Below the pieces are notes generated by a model, which was not told the origin of the DNA, did not search any database, and saw only the letters and a list, made by a program, of their open reading frames with translations. A DNA stretch of 64,000 nt from Bdellovibrionales bacterium. Lineage in GTDB: Bacteria; Bdellovibrionota; Bdellovibrionia; Bdellovibrionales; JAUICD01. Location of the stretch: contig CBDANC010000015.1 in assembly GCA_965197425.1 (NCBI GenBank), positions 256,001-320,000 on the forward strand, read 5' to 3'. Positions 40,617 to 50,850 of this stretch are shown here, in pieces. Numbering within the stretch: the stretch's first letter is position 1; each line of letters starts with the position of its first letter. Both the position numbers and the translations under genes were made by a program.

Positions 40617-41939
40617 CTAAAGAGAGGCCGCTCTTCTACGTTTTCTCTCCATCTCCTTGGAGTTGAAGTCAGACAGTATTTCAGCTACCACTTCATGATT
40701 GTATACTGTCGCATAGTCAATAGCTCTAAGGCCACGGTTACAATCTATGGATACATCCACATCAGGACGGGTAAGTAAAATTCTGGTTATCTCAGGCCCC
40801 CTACCAAAGCTTGGCCCATTGTAGGCTTCTAATAAAAATACCTCTCTTACTATGGCTGCATGTATCAGTGCTGTTTTTCCAGTATTGTCCTGTACATTTA
40901 TATCTACATTCCCATGTTCCAACAACCGTACCATAGGCTCTAAACTTCCTTTATGGCCATAGTTTTGGTAGACAGACCAAATCAAGGGAGTGTAACCGTT
41001 AAAATCACGAGCATTAGGATCTATTTCAGGATGTGCCATTAATGCTCGAATAGAAATTGGATCATGGTAAATAACTGCGAGGTGAAGGGCTGTATATCCA
41101 AGACCATGTCTTTCGTTTATATCCACACCATAGTCTAGCAATTGCTCAACCACTGTATCACGGCAGTTATAGCTTTGGTGCTTACTAGCTCTCATTACAG
41201 CCCTCATCAAAGGAGTGTAATGACTTTTATCTGAAACACCAGATCTGTCCAAAGCTCCTGTTTCTAATATTCTTTCCAAACCTTCGTAGTCACATGAATC
41301 GATAGCCTTAAACACCTGGCCTTTAACATCATTCAAAGAAGTTGGTGAAACTAGTTTTGAATCATCATATGTCTCTACAACTACCTCCTGCTCGTCGACT
41401 TCTTGTTTAACTTCTTGGGTAGATAAAGTTTCAACTGTTTCTTCAGCGTGCTTCTCTTCCAGTGTAACTGGCTTTTCTTCTGGCGTAGCCGGCTTTTCCT
41501 CAGATTCAACTACAATCTCTTCTGTTACACTTTCTGGTTTGCTCTCGTTGTCCACATCTTGTTCAACTTTTTTCTCTTCTACTTCTTGTTCTTGCAAAAT
41601 TTCATCAGCTTTTCCCTCATCACTTTTGATAACTGTTTCTTGAACAGGGTCTTTGATGACATCGTTGGTAGCATCAGACGTAATCTTGGCCGGCGAAATA
41701 AGTAGTCGTAGAACAGTATTTTCCTCCCCAAAAGAATCATCTAAGACGGCTACATCATCTGGACTTGTCTCTGACTCTGGTTGAGCATTATCTAACTCTA
41801 TTTGGTTTGTACCTGTTTCGGGTAAATTAACAACTGGAGGAATTCTTGGATCATAAAGTTTATAGAGACTGTCATCATCACTGCACCCAAAAGAAAGTGC
41901 AGCCAAAGACAGCAGCCCAAAATTTAAAACCGACTTCAT
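40617..41939 (-). CDS. Ankyrin-repeat lipoprotein with acidic linker (paralog B)
   Basis: Lipobox SFG|C; Glu-rich linker; GYTALHLAV, GYTPLIWSV, GKTALIHAA. Confidence 0.9.
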   Translation of the reverse strand: MKSVLNFGLLSLAALSFGCSDDDSLYKLYDPRIPPVVNLPETGTNQIELDNAQPESETSPDDVAVLDDSFGEENTVLRLLISPAKITSDATNDVIKDPVQETVIKSDEGKADEILQEQEVEEKKVEQDVDNESKPESVTEEIVVESEEKPATPEEKPVTLEEKHAEETVETLSTQEVKQEVDEQEVVVETYDDSKLVSPTSLNDVKGQVFKAIDSCDYEGLERILETGALDRSGVSDKSHYTPLMRAVMRASKHQSYNCRDTVVEQLLDYGVDINERHGLGYTALHLAVIYHDPISIRALMAHPEIDPNARDFNGYTPLIWSVYQNYGHKGSLEPMVRLLEHGNVDINVQDNTGKTALIHAAIVREVFLLEAYNGPSFGRGPEITRILLTRPDVDVSIDCNRGLRAIDYATVYNHEVVAEILSDFNSKEMERKRRRAASL

Positions 41940-42334
41940 ATCGCCACCTCAACATGTGATTAAAAAAACTTCTTAACTAGTTCTTAACTAGAATGCAAAG
42001 AACAAGACGTCTATCAATGTGCTAGCCAAAAACTGCTCCACTGGAAATGTGTATATACATCTATCAGATTTAACCCTAATCGTCAAGTTGTTGAATTTTA
42101 TGCAATTGTTTAGTCTGCTTTAGGGTAAATATAAAAGTGGTATGATCAAGAATCAGCTTCTTGTAGGTCGGAACATAATTCACATGATAAAAATCTAGTA
42201 AACCGACCTAAAGAGAGGTTCTTTCAATTGGAAAAACCGACTGCAAAGGAGGTTCATCTGATTGGAAAACATAAAGGTTTATCCCATAAGCCAATTGGAT
42301 AATATAAAAATTTATCTCGTGAGCCAATTGAACC

Positions 42335-42514
42335 AAAGTAGGCGAAGCCTCCTTATTTTTTGCCTCGTTAGGAAGACCTTGTGTAGTGGGATCGGCATCC
42401 ACTCAGTAAAAAAACCTTGGTTTTAAAGTTACTGTGTCAAAACGTAATTCACCTGGCAAAAGTCGGCGAAGCCAACTTGTTGCCAGGTTCAATCAATGCT
42501 GGGGAAGACCTTTG
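42335..42514. repeat. Palindromic repeat modules upstream of secA
   Basis: 42335-42400 matches modules at 36563-36738; second hairpin ACCTGGCAAAAGT-cGGCGAAGCCa-ACTTGTTGCCAGGT followed by ggaagacctt. Confidence 0.8.
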
Positions 42515-42521
42515 ATTTAAT

Positions 42522-42551
42522 TGGACATTAAGTTCGTTACATTATTACAAT
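42522..42551 (+). promoter_or_regulatory. Putative sigma70 promoter of secA (TGGACA-N18-TACAAT)
   Basis: -10 hexamer ends 6 nt before the ATG at 42558; no SD. Confidence 0.55.
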
Positions 42552-42557
42552 GGGCAC

Positions 42558-45221
42558 ATGCTAAAGCGAGCAGCAATAAAAATATTCGGTACCAAGCATG
42601 ATCGGGAAATGAAAAAGATGCAACCCCTTGTTTCCCACATTAACTCTTTAGAAAACTCTGTAAGCAATCTCAATGAGGTGGAGCTCAAAAATAAAACAAA
42701 TGAATTTATGGAAGCTCTAGAAAAGGGCAAATCTTTGGATGATATATTGCCAGAGGCATTTGCTGTTGTAAGAGAGGTTGCCAAGAGAACTTTAGATATG
42801 AGGCATTACGATGTTCAGTTAATAGGAGGATATTTTTTACACAAGGGTCAGATTACTGAAATGAAAACTGGTGAAGGTAAAACTCTGGTGGCAACTTTAG
42901 CAATTTATCTAAATGCGCTTACAAAAAAAGGTAGTCATCTCGTAACTGTAAATGACTACTTGGCATCTAGAGACGCAGAGTGGATGGGAAAACTATACAA
43001 CTTTCTAAACCTATCAGTAGGAGTGATCACTCATAACAAATCAGATAAAGAAAGAAAAGAGGCGTATAACAAAGACGTAACCTATGCAACAAACAACGAA
43101 CTAGGGTTTGATTATTTAAGGGATAATATGAAATATTCCCTAGATGACTATGTTCAACGTGCACATCACTTTGCAATAGTAGATGAATGTGACTCCATAC
43201 TAGTTGATGAAGCTAGAACACCCTTGATTATTTCTGGTCCATCGGAGCAATCAACAGACAAGTACGTAAATATAAATAAAACAATTCCAAAACTAAAATT
43301 GGAAGAACATTTTACCATAGAAGAAAAATCCAAATCCGCTATGTTAACAGATGCAGGAAATGCAAAGGTGGAGGAGCTTTTAAATATAGAAAATCTATAT
43401 GAAGCACAAAATATAGATCTACTCCATCACATATACCAGGCACTTAAAGCACACCATCTGTATAAAAGAGATGCCGACTATATGGTAAAAGATGATGAAG
43501 TTATGATAGTTGACGAATTTACAGGAAGACTACAGCCAGGTAGAAGATGGAGTGACGGATTACATCAGGCAATAGAAGCCAAAGAAGGTGTAAAAGTAAA
43601 AAATGAAAACCAAACACTAGCTTCAATTACCTATCAAAACTATTTTAGAATGTATGACAAATTATCTGGCATGACTGGTACAGCAGACACAGAGGCAGTT
43701 GAATTTAAGAAAATTTATAATTTAGATGTTACCGTCATACCAACCAACGAACCACTAGTGCGTGTTGATGTGGACGATGTGATCTATAAAACAGAAGATG
43801 CAAAATATAAAGCAATAGCTAACGACATAAAAGACAGAAACACCAAAGGTCAACCTGTATTGGTAGGGACGGTTAGTATAGAAAAATCTGAAAAACTTAG
43901 TAACTTCCTAAACAAACTAAATGTAAAGCACAACATATTGAATGCAAAATACCATGAAAGGGAAGCAGAAATTGTTGCTCAAGCTGGAAGAAAAGGTTCA
44001 GTTACCATAGCAACAAACATGGCGGGTAGGGGAACTGACATCGTATTAGGTGGTAATCCAGAAGCTTTAGCAAAGCACTTCGATAAAAGCCAAGACTCCG
44101 AAGCATTTAAAGCTTCACTAAATAAATTTACCTCAATATGTGATGTAGAAAAAAAAGAAGTAATAGAAGCTGGAGGACTACATATTATAGGTACAGAAAG
44201 ACACGAGTCTAGAAGAATAGATAATCAGTTGAGAGGTAGATCAGGTAGACAAGGTGATCCTGGAAGCTCCTTGTTTTATCTATCCATGGAAGATAATTTA
44301 ATGAGGATATTTGGTGGAGAGAAAATTAAACAAATTATGCACAGATTAAATGTACCAGATGATGATCCAATAACAGCTCCTATGGTGTCTAGAGCAATAG
44401 AAGGAGCGCAGAGAAAAGTAGAAGGTCACAACTTTGATATAAGAAAGCATCTAATAGACTATGACGATGTAATGAATCAGCAAAGAAATACTATTTACTC
44501 TCTTAGAAAACAGGTGTTGGATGGAAATAGCACAGAGGAGATAATAAAAGAATATTTAGGAGAGTCGACTTCAATTATACTAGACAGGTATGCACCAGTG
44601 GAGGAACCACCAGACAAATGGGACAAAACTGGGTTTGCCAATTCCATAGCTAAATTATTCGGGTTTGATATTGATATTGCTAATATCAATAACCCACAAG
44701 AACTAACAGACCTTACAAAAGAAAAAATAAAACAAGCATTTGAAAAACAAAAAGAAGCGTTAGGAGAAAATTACGAAAATATTAAAAAAATAATCTTGTT
44801 GCAGACAATAGATCATAAATGGAAAGATCACTTACAAATTGTGGATCATATTAGAGATAGTGTTTCATTGAGAGGGTATGCACAAAAAGATCCACTTATA
44901 GAATATAAAAAGGAAGCCTTTGTTGCATTTGAGTCTATGGACTATGCTATTAAAAAGGAAGTAATAGAAAAATTATTTAAAATTCAAATTGTAGCATCTG
45001 ACGGGTTAGATGCTCTTGATAAAAGAGAAGTTCCTAAAAATATTAAAATGTCATCTGGGGAAGCGGAATCTGCATTTAAAAAGGGAATGCCATTTAAAAA
45101 TGTAAATAATAGACGTGTAAAAGCAAAAGAACCGATTGTAAGGGGAGAAGCAAAAGTAGGAAGAAATGATCCTTGTCCTTGTGGCAGTGGAAAGAAGTAC
45201 AAAAAATGTTGTGGAGCTTAG
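42558..45221 (+). CDS. secA: Preprotein translocase ATPase SecA
   Basis: [63 protein letters not shown]. Confidence 0.99.
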   Translation: MLKRAAIKIFGTKHDREMKKMQPLVSHINSLENSVSNLNEVELKNKTNEFMEALEKGKSLDDILPEAFAVVREVAKRTLDMRHYDVQLIGGYFLHKGQITEMKTGEGKTLVATLAIYLNALTKKGSHLVTVNDYLASRDAEWMGKLYNFLNLSVGVITHNKSDKERKEAYNKDVTYATNNELGFDYLRDNMKYSLDDYVQRAHHFAIVDECDSILVDEARTPLIISGPSEQSTDKYVNINKTIPKLKLEEHFTIEEKSKSAMLTDAGNAKVEELLNIENLYEAQNIDLLHHIYQALKAHHLYKRDADYMVKDDEVMIVDEFTGRLQPGRRWSDGLHQAIEAKEGVKVKNENQTLASITYQNYFRMYDKLSGMTGTADTEAVEFKKIYNLDVTVIPTNEPLVRVDVDDVIYKTEDAKYKAIANDIKDRNTKGQPVLVGTVSIEKSEKLSNFLNKLNVKHNILNAKYHEREAEIVAQAGRKGSVTIATNMAGRGTDIVLGGNPEALAKHFDKSQDSEAFKASLNKFTSICDVEKKEVIEAGGLHIIGTERHESRRIDNQLRGRSGRQGDPGSSLFYLSMEDNLMRIFGGEKIKQIMHRLNVPDDDPITAPMVSRAIEGAQRKVEGHNFDIRKHLIDYDDVMNQQRNTIYSLRKQVLDGNSTEEIIKEYLGESTSIILDRYAPVEEPPDKWDKTGFANSIAKLFGFDIDIANINNPQELTDLTKEKIKQAFEKQKEALGENYENIKKIILLQTIDHKWKDHLQIVDHIRDSVSLRGYAQKDPLIEYKKEAFVAFESMDYAIKKEVIEKLFKIQIVASDGLDALDKREVPKNIKMSSGEAESAFKKGMPFKNVNNRRVKAKEPIVRGEAKVGRNDPCPCGSGKKYKKCCGA

Positions 45222-45899
45222 ATGTCTGCATGTCCTAAATGTAAAAATGTAATAGAAGATGCTTTTGGGCTTACCACCTGTGATAAGTGTGGGGAGAATT
45301 TTTTTGCAGGAGCTGTAAGCGAAGATGATGCCAATGATAATAACGAACAAGTGGATAACAACAGTAATGAAGCAGTAGATAATGTGGAGCCAGCAGATAG
45401 TAGCGAATCCTTAGAAGATAATGACTTTAATGATTTAAACGATGAAGAACCACCAAATGAAGATCTAGGATTTCCTACTACAGAAGAGAGTACACCTGAT
45501 TTTTCAAGTGATGAGTTTGCAAATGTTCAAGAAGAGCAACAGGAAGAAAATCTACAGGTAGAAGAAACAAAAAACCAGGAAGAGGTTTCATCAGAAAGTA
45601 AAGAAGAAGTGGTTAAAGAAGATGTTAATTTAGAAAATATGATAGAGGATGTAGAAAAAAATGAAAATCCATCTGATGATATCTACTATCATATAGAAAT
45701 TGAAGGAATAGACTCCCCAATGATTAGGGAAAGAGTCTTAGAAGAGCTAGATGATCCAAGGTTAGGTTGGAAACTGGCAGATCTACAGATAAAAATGGGT
45801 AGACTTGTTTTGGAAAATGTAAGTTCTACTAAAGCTCATGTTGTTGTTTGCTCTATGCTCAGCTTACCTGTTAAAGTTGTATGGAAACAAAAACAGTAA
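45222..45899 (+). CDS. Hypothetical protein: N-terminal zinc ribbon, acidic linker, small C-terminal domain
   Basis: CPKC...CDKC; Asp/Glu-rich middle; starts immediately after the secA stop. Confidence 0.8.
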   Translation: MSACPKCKNVIEDAFGLTTCDKCGENFFAGAVSEDDANDNNEQVDNNSNEAVDNVEPADSSESLEDNDFNDLNDEEPPNEDLGFPTTEESTPDFSSDEFANVQEEQQEENLQVEETKNQEEVSSESKEEVVKEDVNLENMIEDVEKNENPSDDIYYHIEIEGIDSPMIRERVLEELDDPRLGWKLADLQIKMGRLVLENVSSTKAHVVVCSMLSLPVKVVWKQKQ

Positions 45900-45996
45900 A
45901 ATCCTATTTATAAATTTTCTTTCCTTATTTTTTGCATATTCTTTGTTAACTCTTTTACAGAGTATCTGGAGAGAATATTAACAAAAATACTTCTAG

Positions 45997-46869
45997 TTAT
46001 TGTGAGCTTTCTTCTTCAGTTGTGGCCGAGGCTTTAGCTTGGTGTGTTTCTAACAGAGTCGCTACTTCTGAATTGCTTGCCATTTTTGCAAAGTCAAGAG
46101 CTGTTAGATCATCAACATTTTTTAAAGAAACATCGACTCTAGGGTGTACTAGAAATAGCTCTACAATATCAGTACTGCTAATGTATTTTGATACATCTTC
46201 TTCTGGATCCATTGTTACTGGCTTAACCATTACAGCTTCCATTAGCGGTGTTTTTTTACTTGCATCTGGTAGATTTACATCAGTTTTTTCAAAATCTAAC
46301 AAAAGTTTCAGAGTATCTAAGTTTGTAGAAGGACTATGGTTTCTAAAAACAGCCCAGCTTAGCGAAGTTTTTCCTTCATGGTCTTGAAGATTTGGATCAA
46401 TATCATCCCTTTTGTTTAAAAGCTCTGTAACTACATCTTTTTTATCTCCGATTGCGGCCCAGTGAAGAGCTGTTTTTTGCAATCCATCGGTCTCATTTAT
46501 GTCTACACCATGATCTATTAGTGCTTTCAACCATGGTATACATCCAGCTTTTGCTGCTCTGATCAATGGAGTGTAGCTAGATTTATCCATTAATCCTGAT
46601 AGGGGAACATCTTGGATCATGGTACTTATGTCGCCTTCAGTACAAGAAGCTATGGAACTATATAACGCCCTTGTTTTATCAGTATCAGAAACTGCAGCCT
46701 CTGTCCCACTGTCAGAAACCGTAGCTTCTCCTACAATACCTAGTGGCTCACCTGTATATTTGACCGTGCTCCTATTCTGGTTTGGTTTGTAAGTTTTGCT
46801 GCCATCTTCTGTACAACCAACAAAAGCAAATATTGAAAAAGTTAAAACTAAAGACTTTGTAATTCTCAT
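45997..46869 (-). CDS. Ankyrin-repeat lipoprotein (paralog A')
   Basis: Lipobox FVG|C; YTPLIRAA, KTALHWAA, KTPLMEAV. Confidence 0.9.
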   Translation of the reverse strand: MRITKSLVLTFSIFAFVGCTEDGSKTYKPNQNRSTVKYTGEPLGIVGEATVSDSGTEAAVSDTDKTRALYSSIASCTEGDISTMIQDVPLSGLMDKSSYTPLIRAAKAGCIPWLKALIDHGVDINETDGLQKTALHWAAIGDKKDVVTELLNKRDDIDPNLQDHEGKTSLSWAVFRNHSPSTNLDTLKLLLDFEKTDVNLPDASKKTPLMEAVMVKPVTMDPEEDVSKYISSTDIVELFLVHPRVDVSLKNVDDLTALDFAKMASNSEVATLLETHQAKASATTEEESSQ

Positions 46870-46903
46870 GGCAAACCTCTAAAAAAACTGTATCCCAGCA
46901 AGA

Positions 46904-46931
46904 CTATCGGATTGAATGTTTTATTACTTTA
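46904..46931 (-). promoter_or_regulatory. Sigma28/FliA-like promoter motif TAAA-N16-TCCGATAG
   Basis: Upstream of the 46869 ankyrin gene. Confidence 0.6.
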
Positions 46932-47023
46932 AATATTACCTAAGTGCCAAAAATCTTAACAAGAATATGGCACTTATTAGTTGTTTTGTAGTTTTGTATA
47001 ATGAGAAAAATGAGCGAGCGATA

Positions 47024-47872
47024 CTATATGTCGCCAGCTACTCTTTTAGCTTGTTTTTTCTTCATTTCTTGATGGTTTAAAATTACATCAACTACCAAAT
47101 CATTGTTGTACATCTTTGCAAAGTCAATGGCATCAAAACCGCTTGGGTCCTTTTGATCCGCATCTATGTCAGATCTTGTAAGCAGTAATCTTGCAATCTC
47201 AGGGCCTCTGCCTATGCTATACATGCTACCGTAAGATCCGGTAACAAAAACATCTCTTAATCGAGCAGCGTGCATAAGTGCTGTTTCTCCACTATCATCA
47301 GTTGCATTCATATCAACTTCTTTACTGGACATCAAAAGAAACATAGGTTCTAAACTTACGGAACCTCCATAATTCATAAAAACAGACCAAATAAGAGGTG
47401 TGAAACCACTAATTTTGTCTTGAATGTTAGGATCTATTCCAGGTTGTCTCAACAGAGTTTGTATTGCTACAGGACTATCATTTATGACCGCATGATGAAG
47501 AGCTGTATAACCTAGCCCGTCTGCCTCATTTATATCTACGCCATAATCTAATAATTGATCCACTATCTCATCACGACACCTATAGTTTCTGTAGAACCTT
47601 ACTTCTTTTACAGCTCTCATCAGTGGAGTGTAGCTACTTTTATCCATAGCACCAGATCTGTCCAAAGCACCAATACTCAATATCTCTCCTAAGGCTGCGG
47701 GATCACATGAATCAATAGCTCTAAAAACCTGCCCTTCATAATCTACATCCATATTTATAGCTATTGGTAGGGAGAGTTCCACATCAGTTGCACTTTGGGC
47801 AAAGCTGTCTTTGGAATATCCAATTAAGACAAGAGCTATGCTTAATAAACTAAGATTTAATATCGATTTCAT
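47024..47872 (-). CDS. Exported ankyrin-repeat protein (paralog B')
   Basis: Highly similar to the ANK region of 40617..41939; signal peptide lacks the lipobox Cys. Confidence 0.9.
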   Translation of the reverse strand: MKSILNLSLLSIALVLIGYSKDSFAQSATDVELSLPIAINMDVDYEGQVFRAIDSCDPAALGEILSIGALDRSGAMDKSSYTPLMRAVKEVRFYRNYRCRDEIVDQLLDYGVDINEADGLGYTALHHAVINDSPVAIQTLLRQPGIDPNIQDKISGFTPLIWSVFMNYGGSVSLEPMFLLMSSKEVDMNATDDSGETALMHAARLRDVFVTGSYGSMYSIGRGPEIARLLLTRSDIDADQKDPSGFDAIDFAKMYNNDLVVDVILNHQEMKKKQAKRVAGDI

Positions 47873-48247
47873 AACAACCTCACATGTTTTTAAGTTAAAC
47901 TAATAAACAAAACACTTTCAATAAGACAGCTTCTGATGTTCAAAAAGTAATAGTGATGAAAGTACTAAGAATATAAAGCTCTAGTAACAGGATAAAACTG
48001 ATAAAGCAAATAATTATCTCTTCTCTGAGCATGAATTATATTATTTATAGTATTGAACTGGCCCAAGCTGAAACAATTTAATTTTAGAAAGCAAAACCAA
48101 AAAACAACACTAAGAAGCTTTTATATGAATGATTTTTATATATAAAATTTTCAGTTCCTTAAGCTACTAGATCAATTTCAAGATCAACGCTAAGAGTTTT
48201 AGATATTTTTGCTAAAGTTTTAACTGTGGTGTACAGCTAAATTGATG

Positions 48248-49543
48248 TTAAGCGGCTTCCTTATATGGCTCATATAATTGTTCCAATTCCAGCTTTTTAT
48301 CAGAAGGTATTATGATGCTGGATAAAATGTCTTTAACTGTTTTATGTTCAATAAAAATACCCTTATTTTTAAGGATTGCTATTGAGTCATATGCATTGTT
48401 CGATAATTCCCAAGCTACTATTAAACCTCTTTTTTTTTCTGCTTGTAGTATTGTCGATGCAAGTTCTTTTATTACTGTTTCTCCTACTGGCTTAGAATGG
48501 TTTTTTATTTGTATCGGTTCTCCGTTTTTATTCCAACCATCTATACCTCTATCATTACTTTTTTTTGGATTACATTTCCAGCCTAAGTACATACATATCT
48601 TTTCTGCAAATTCATGACCATCCAAATCTCTCCATTCTTGCTCTGTTCTTAATTCATTAGGGTATTCTGGATAGCTTTTCACCTTAGCCAATCTATCCAT
48701 GATTACCCTGCATGCCACAGGGCTAACATCGCCTGTTATATAACGCCTGCCTAACTGGTTACTTACATATGCAGTAGTACCACCACCACCAAAACAATCT
48801 AACACTGTATCGCCCCTTTCTGTAGAACACAGTACTATCCTCTTCAATAGCTTTTTTGGTTTCTGAGTGTTATATCCAACTCGTTCTTTATCTCCGCTTT
48901 GTATAGAATTTATTTGTGTCCACCAGTCTTCCGGTACTTTTCCTTGATCTAGATAATACTTGTAATACCTAGTTTTGCCTTTTGAATCTTTGGTGCCATA
49001 AACTAATCTATATTCTCTACCATCCTCATCTTTACACAACCTACCACCAAAAGAGCTTTTTCCAGACTTCATGGGGATTTTTACATCGTCAAAAGAGTGC
49101 TTGTATTTATTTGTTTTTGAGTACCAAAAGATTGTATCATGTTTTCTAGCAAACCTTTTTCTAGATCTTCCTCCTACATCATAACACCATATAATTTCAT
49201 TGATAAAGTTGTTTTCACCAAAAACTTTATTAAGAACATCTCTAAGCTTATAGTTAGCTCTATAATCACAATGAACAAATATAGAGCCAGTAGGTTTTAA
49301 ACATTCCTTGATCTTCTCTATTCGTTCTTTCATCCACTCAGAGTAGTGGTTTACAGTTTTAAAACGATCTTCATAGCACCTTTTCTCCCAACCGTTGCCC
49401 CATATTATTTCGTAGTTTTTATTTGTAAAGAAAGGCGGATCAATGTAACATATATCCACGGACTTTTCAGGAATTTGGTCCAACCAATCTAAGCAATCAC
49501 CAAAGATTACATAGTTTTTATCTTTTCTTATATTTAATTTCAT
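48248..49543 (-). CDS. Beta-class N6/N4 DNA methyltransferase fused to a Mrr-like restriction-endonuclease domain
   Basis: DPPF (motif IV) precedes DCFGGGGTT (motif I); C-terminal 'EFAEKI...DRGIDG...IQIK' PD-(D/Q)xK Mrr-type pattern. Confidence 0.88.
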   Translation of the reverse strand: MKLNIRKDKNYVIFGDCLDWLDQIPEKSVDICYIDPPFFTNKNYEIIWGNGWEKRCYEDRFKTVNHYSEWMKERIEKIKECLKPTGSIFVHCDYRANYKLRDVLNKVFGENNFINEIIWCYDVGGRSRKRFARKHDTIFWYSKTNKYKHSFDDVKIPMKSGKSSFGGRLCKDEDGREYRLVYGTKDSKGKTRYYKYYLDQGKVPEDWWTQINSIQSGDKERVGYNTQKPKKLLKRIVLCSTERGDTVLDCFGGGGTTAYVSNQLGRRYITGDVSPVACRVIMDRLAKVKSYPEYPNELRTEQEWRDLDGHEFAEKICMYLGWKCNPKKSNDRGIDGWNKNGEPIQIKNHSKPVGETVIKELASTILQAEKKRGLIVAWELSNNAYDSIAILKNKGIFIEHKTVKDILSSIIIPSDKKLELEQLYEPYKEAA

Positions 49544-49581
49544 CCAGATCTCCAGAAATACATATTTCCTTATCCAGAGAT

Positions 49582-49644
49582 TGTTCGGAATAAATAAATA
49601 CGAACTTTAAATGCCGTGGTATTTGGAGTTCGTATCATTAAAAT
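49582..49644. promoter_or_regulatory. Divergent control region: TAAA-N16-TCCGAACA (- strand), 18-bp-arm inverted repeat 49598-49635, -10 TAAAAT (+ strand)
   Basis: ATACGAACTttAAATgCC-gt-GGtATTTggAGTTCGTAT, arms match at 15/18. Confidence 0.65.
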
Positions 49645-49650
49645 TGAAAT

Positions 49651-49878
49651 ATGAAGTACGAGGCAAAGTACCTAAAGCTACTGAAAAGAGTTTCAAACAA
49701 TTTAAGAAGGTACAGAAAAGAAGCAAGACTTACCCAGGAGCAACTTTCTGAACTTGTTGGTTTTAGCACAAGGTATTACCAAAGACTAGAAAGTGGGACG
49801 CAGTCGCCTAACCTTCTAACTCTCTATAAAGTTTCAAAGCATCTTAAAGTTGATGTATCAGATTTGCTAAAAAAATAA
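49651..49878 (+). CDS. XRE-family HTH regulator (C-protein-like)
   Basis: LRRYRKEARLTQEQLSELVGFSTRYYQRLESGTQSPNLLTL. Confidence 0.93.
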   Translation: MKYEAKYLKLLKRVSNNLRRYRKEARLTQEQLSELVGFSTRYYQRLESGTQSPNLLTLYKVSKHLKVDVSDLLKK

Positions 49879-49998
49879 ATTTCATAATTAAAAAAAACAA
49901 AACTTTTCTATAAATTTTATTTTTCTAATAATATTAATATTTAACAATTTTTTTTCAAGTGAATTCCTGCAAATACGTTTTGCAAAGAAATTTAAAAA

Positions 49999-50850
49999 CT
50001 AAAAATTATTTTTTGATAAAGACTTGGTTGTTTTGAGAGTTTTTTTGTTTTCTGATTTCAACCTTCTTTCTATTTTTTTCACATCCTCATCAGCGATTAG
50101 ACTCTCTGGTCTAATACCCCGCTTGACCAGTGTATCTCGTACACTTTGGTTGTTGGTGATGTGTTCAGATGAAATTTCTACTTCAGTTCCCATTTGTTTA
50201 ATTTTTGCGTTGAAAATAGTAATCTCTGTAGCAAAATCTTTGGCTTTCAAAATAATCATTGGTGCGAAATCCGACAAAGCCCTTCCCTTTGGAACTTTCC
50301 ATTTCTTTTTCATTTGTTCAGTCGTGTAGCCAAACAAGGCTTTATCTCCTTTGCTACGTATAATTCCAAAGTTTTTATCACTTCTAGTTTGCTCGTAAAT
50401 AACACCTGAAAGTTCTTTTTCCGTATCAGCTAATTTCTTTCGTGCTAAGACTCTCTCTGATTCTAAGATTCTATTATGTATAATTTCAAACTTTCTGGTT
50501 TGAACAGCAAAATAAGTTTGAGCAAAAGCTATTTCTTCTTTCCTTGAGTCGCCATTTTGAGCAATTAAATAACATGCGTAACGAGTAAGCATAAAATCGT
50601 TTACAGTTTTTATTGCTCCCTTGGGCATTTTTATCGTTTTACCGACATCGGCAAAATGATCTGATATGTTATGTTCAGAGTTCTCACAGGCCGTTTTTGC
50701 TTTAGAAATAACACTTTGAAAATTAGCCCATTTTTCATATCCCAATAAATGCTGTAAGTCTCTAGCTAGCCAGAATTCCACACCTGTTTCTGTTTGTTTA
50801 GCAAAAGATTCAAAGTTACTAGTTAAGGATTTAACTATTTCAGTTTTCAC
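49999..50850 (-). CDS. dinD: DNA-damage-inducible protein D (BRO-N-like)
   Basis: GVEFWLARDLQ, LTRYACYLIAQNGDSRK, AQTYFAVQTR, RSKGDKALFG; GTG 50850 preferred as start. Confidence 0.9.
   Translation of the reverse strand: MKTEIVKSLTSNFESFAKQTETGVEFWLARDLQHLLGYEKWANFQSVISKAKTACENSEHNISDHFADVGKTIKMPKGAIKTVNDFMLTRYACYLIAQNGDSRKEEIAFAQTYFAVQTRKFEIIHNRILESERVLARKKLADTEKELSGVIYEQTRSDKNFGIIRSKGDKALFGYTTEQMKKKWKVPKGRALSDFAPMIILKAKDFATEITIFNAKIKQMGTEVEISSEHITNNQSVRDTLVKRGIRPESLIADEDVKKIERRLKSENKKTLKTTKSLSKNNF

Noticed and set aside
42212..42514. Possible CRISPR array
   Set aside because: Repeats are too degenerate, there is no identical repeat-unique spacer pattern, and no cas genes are present
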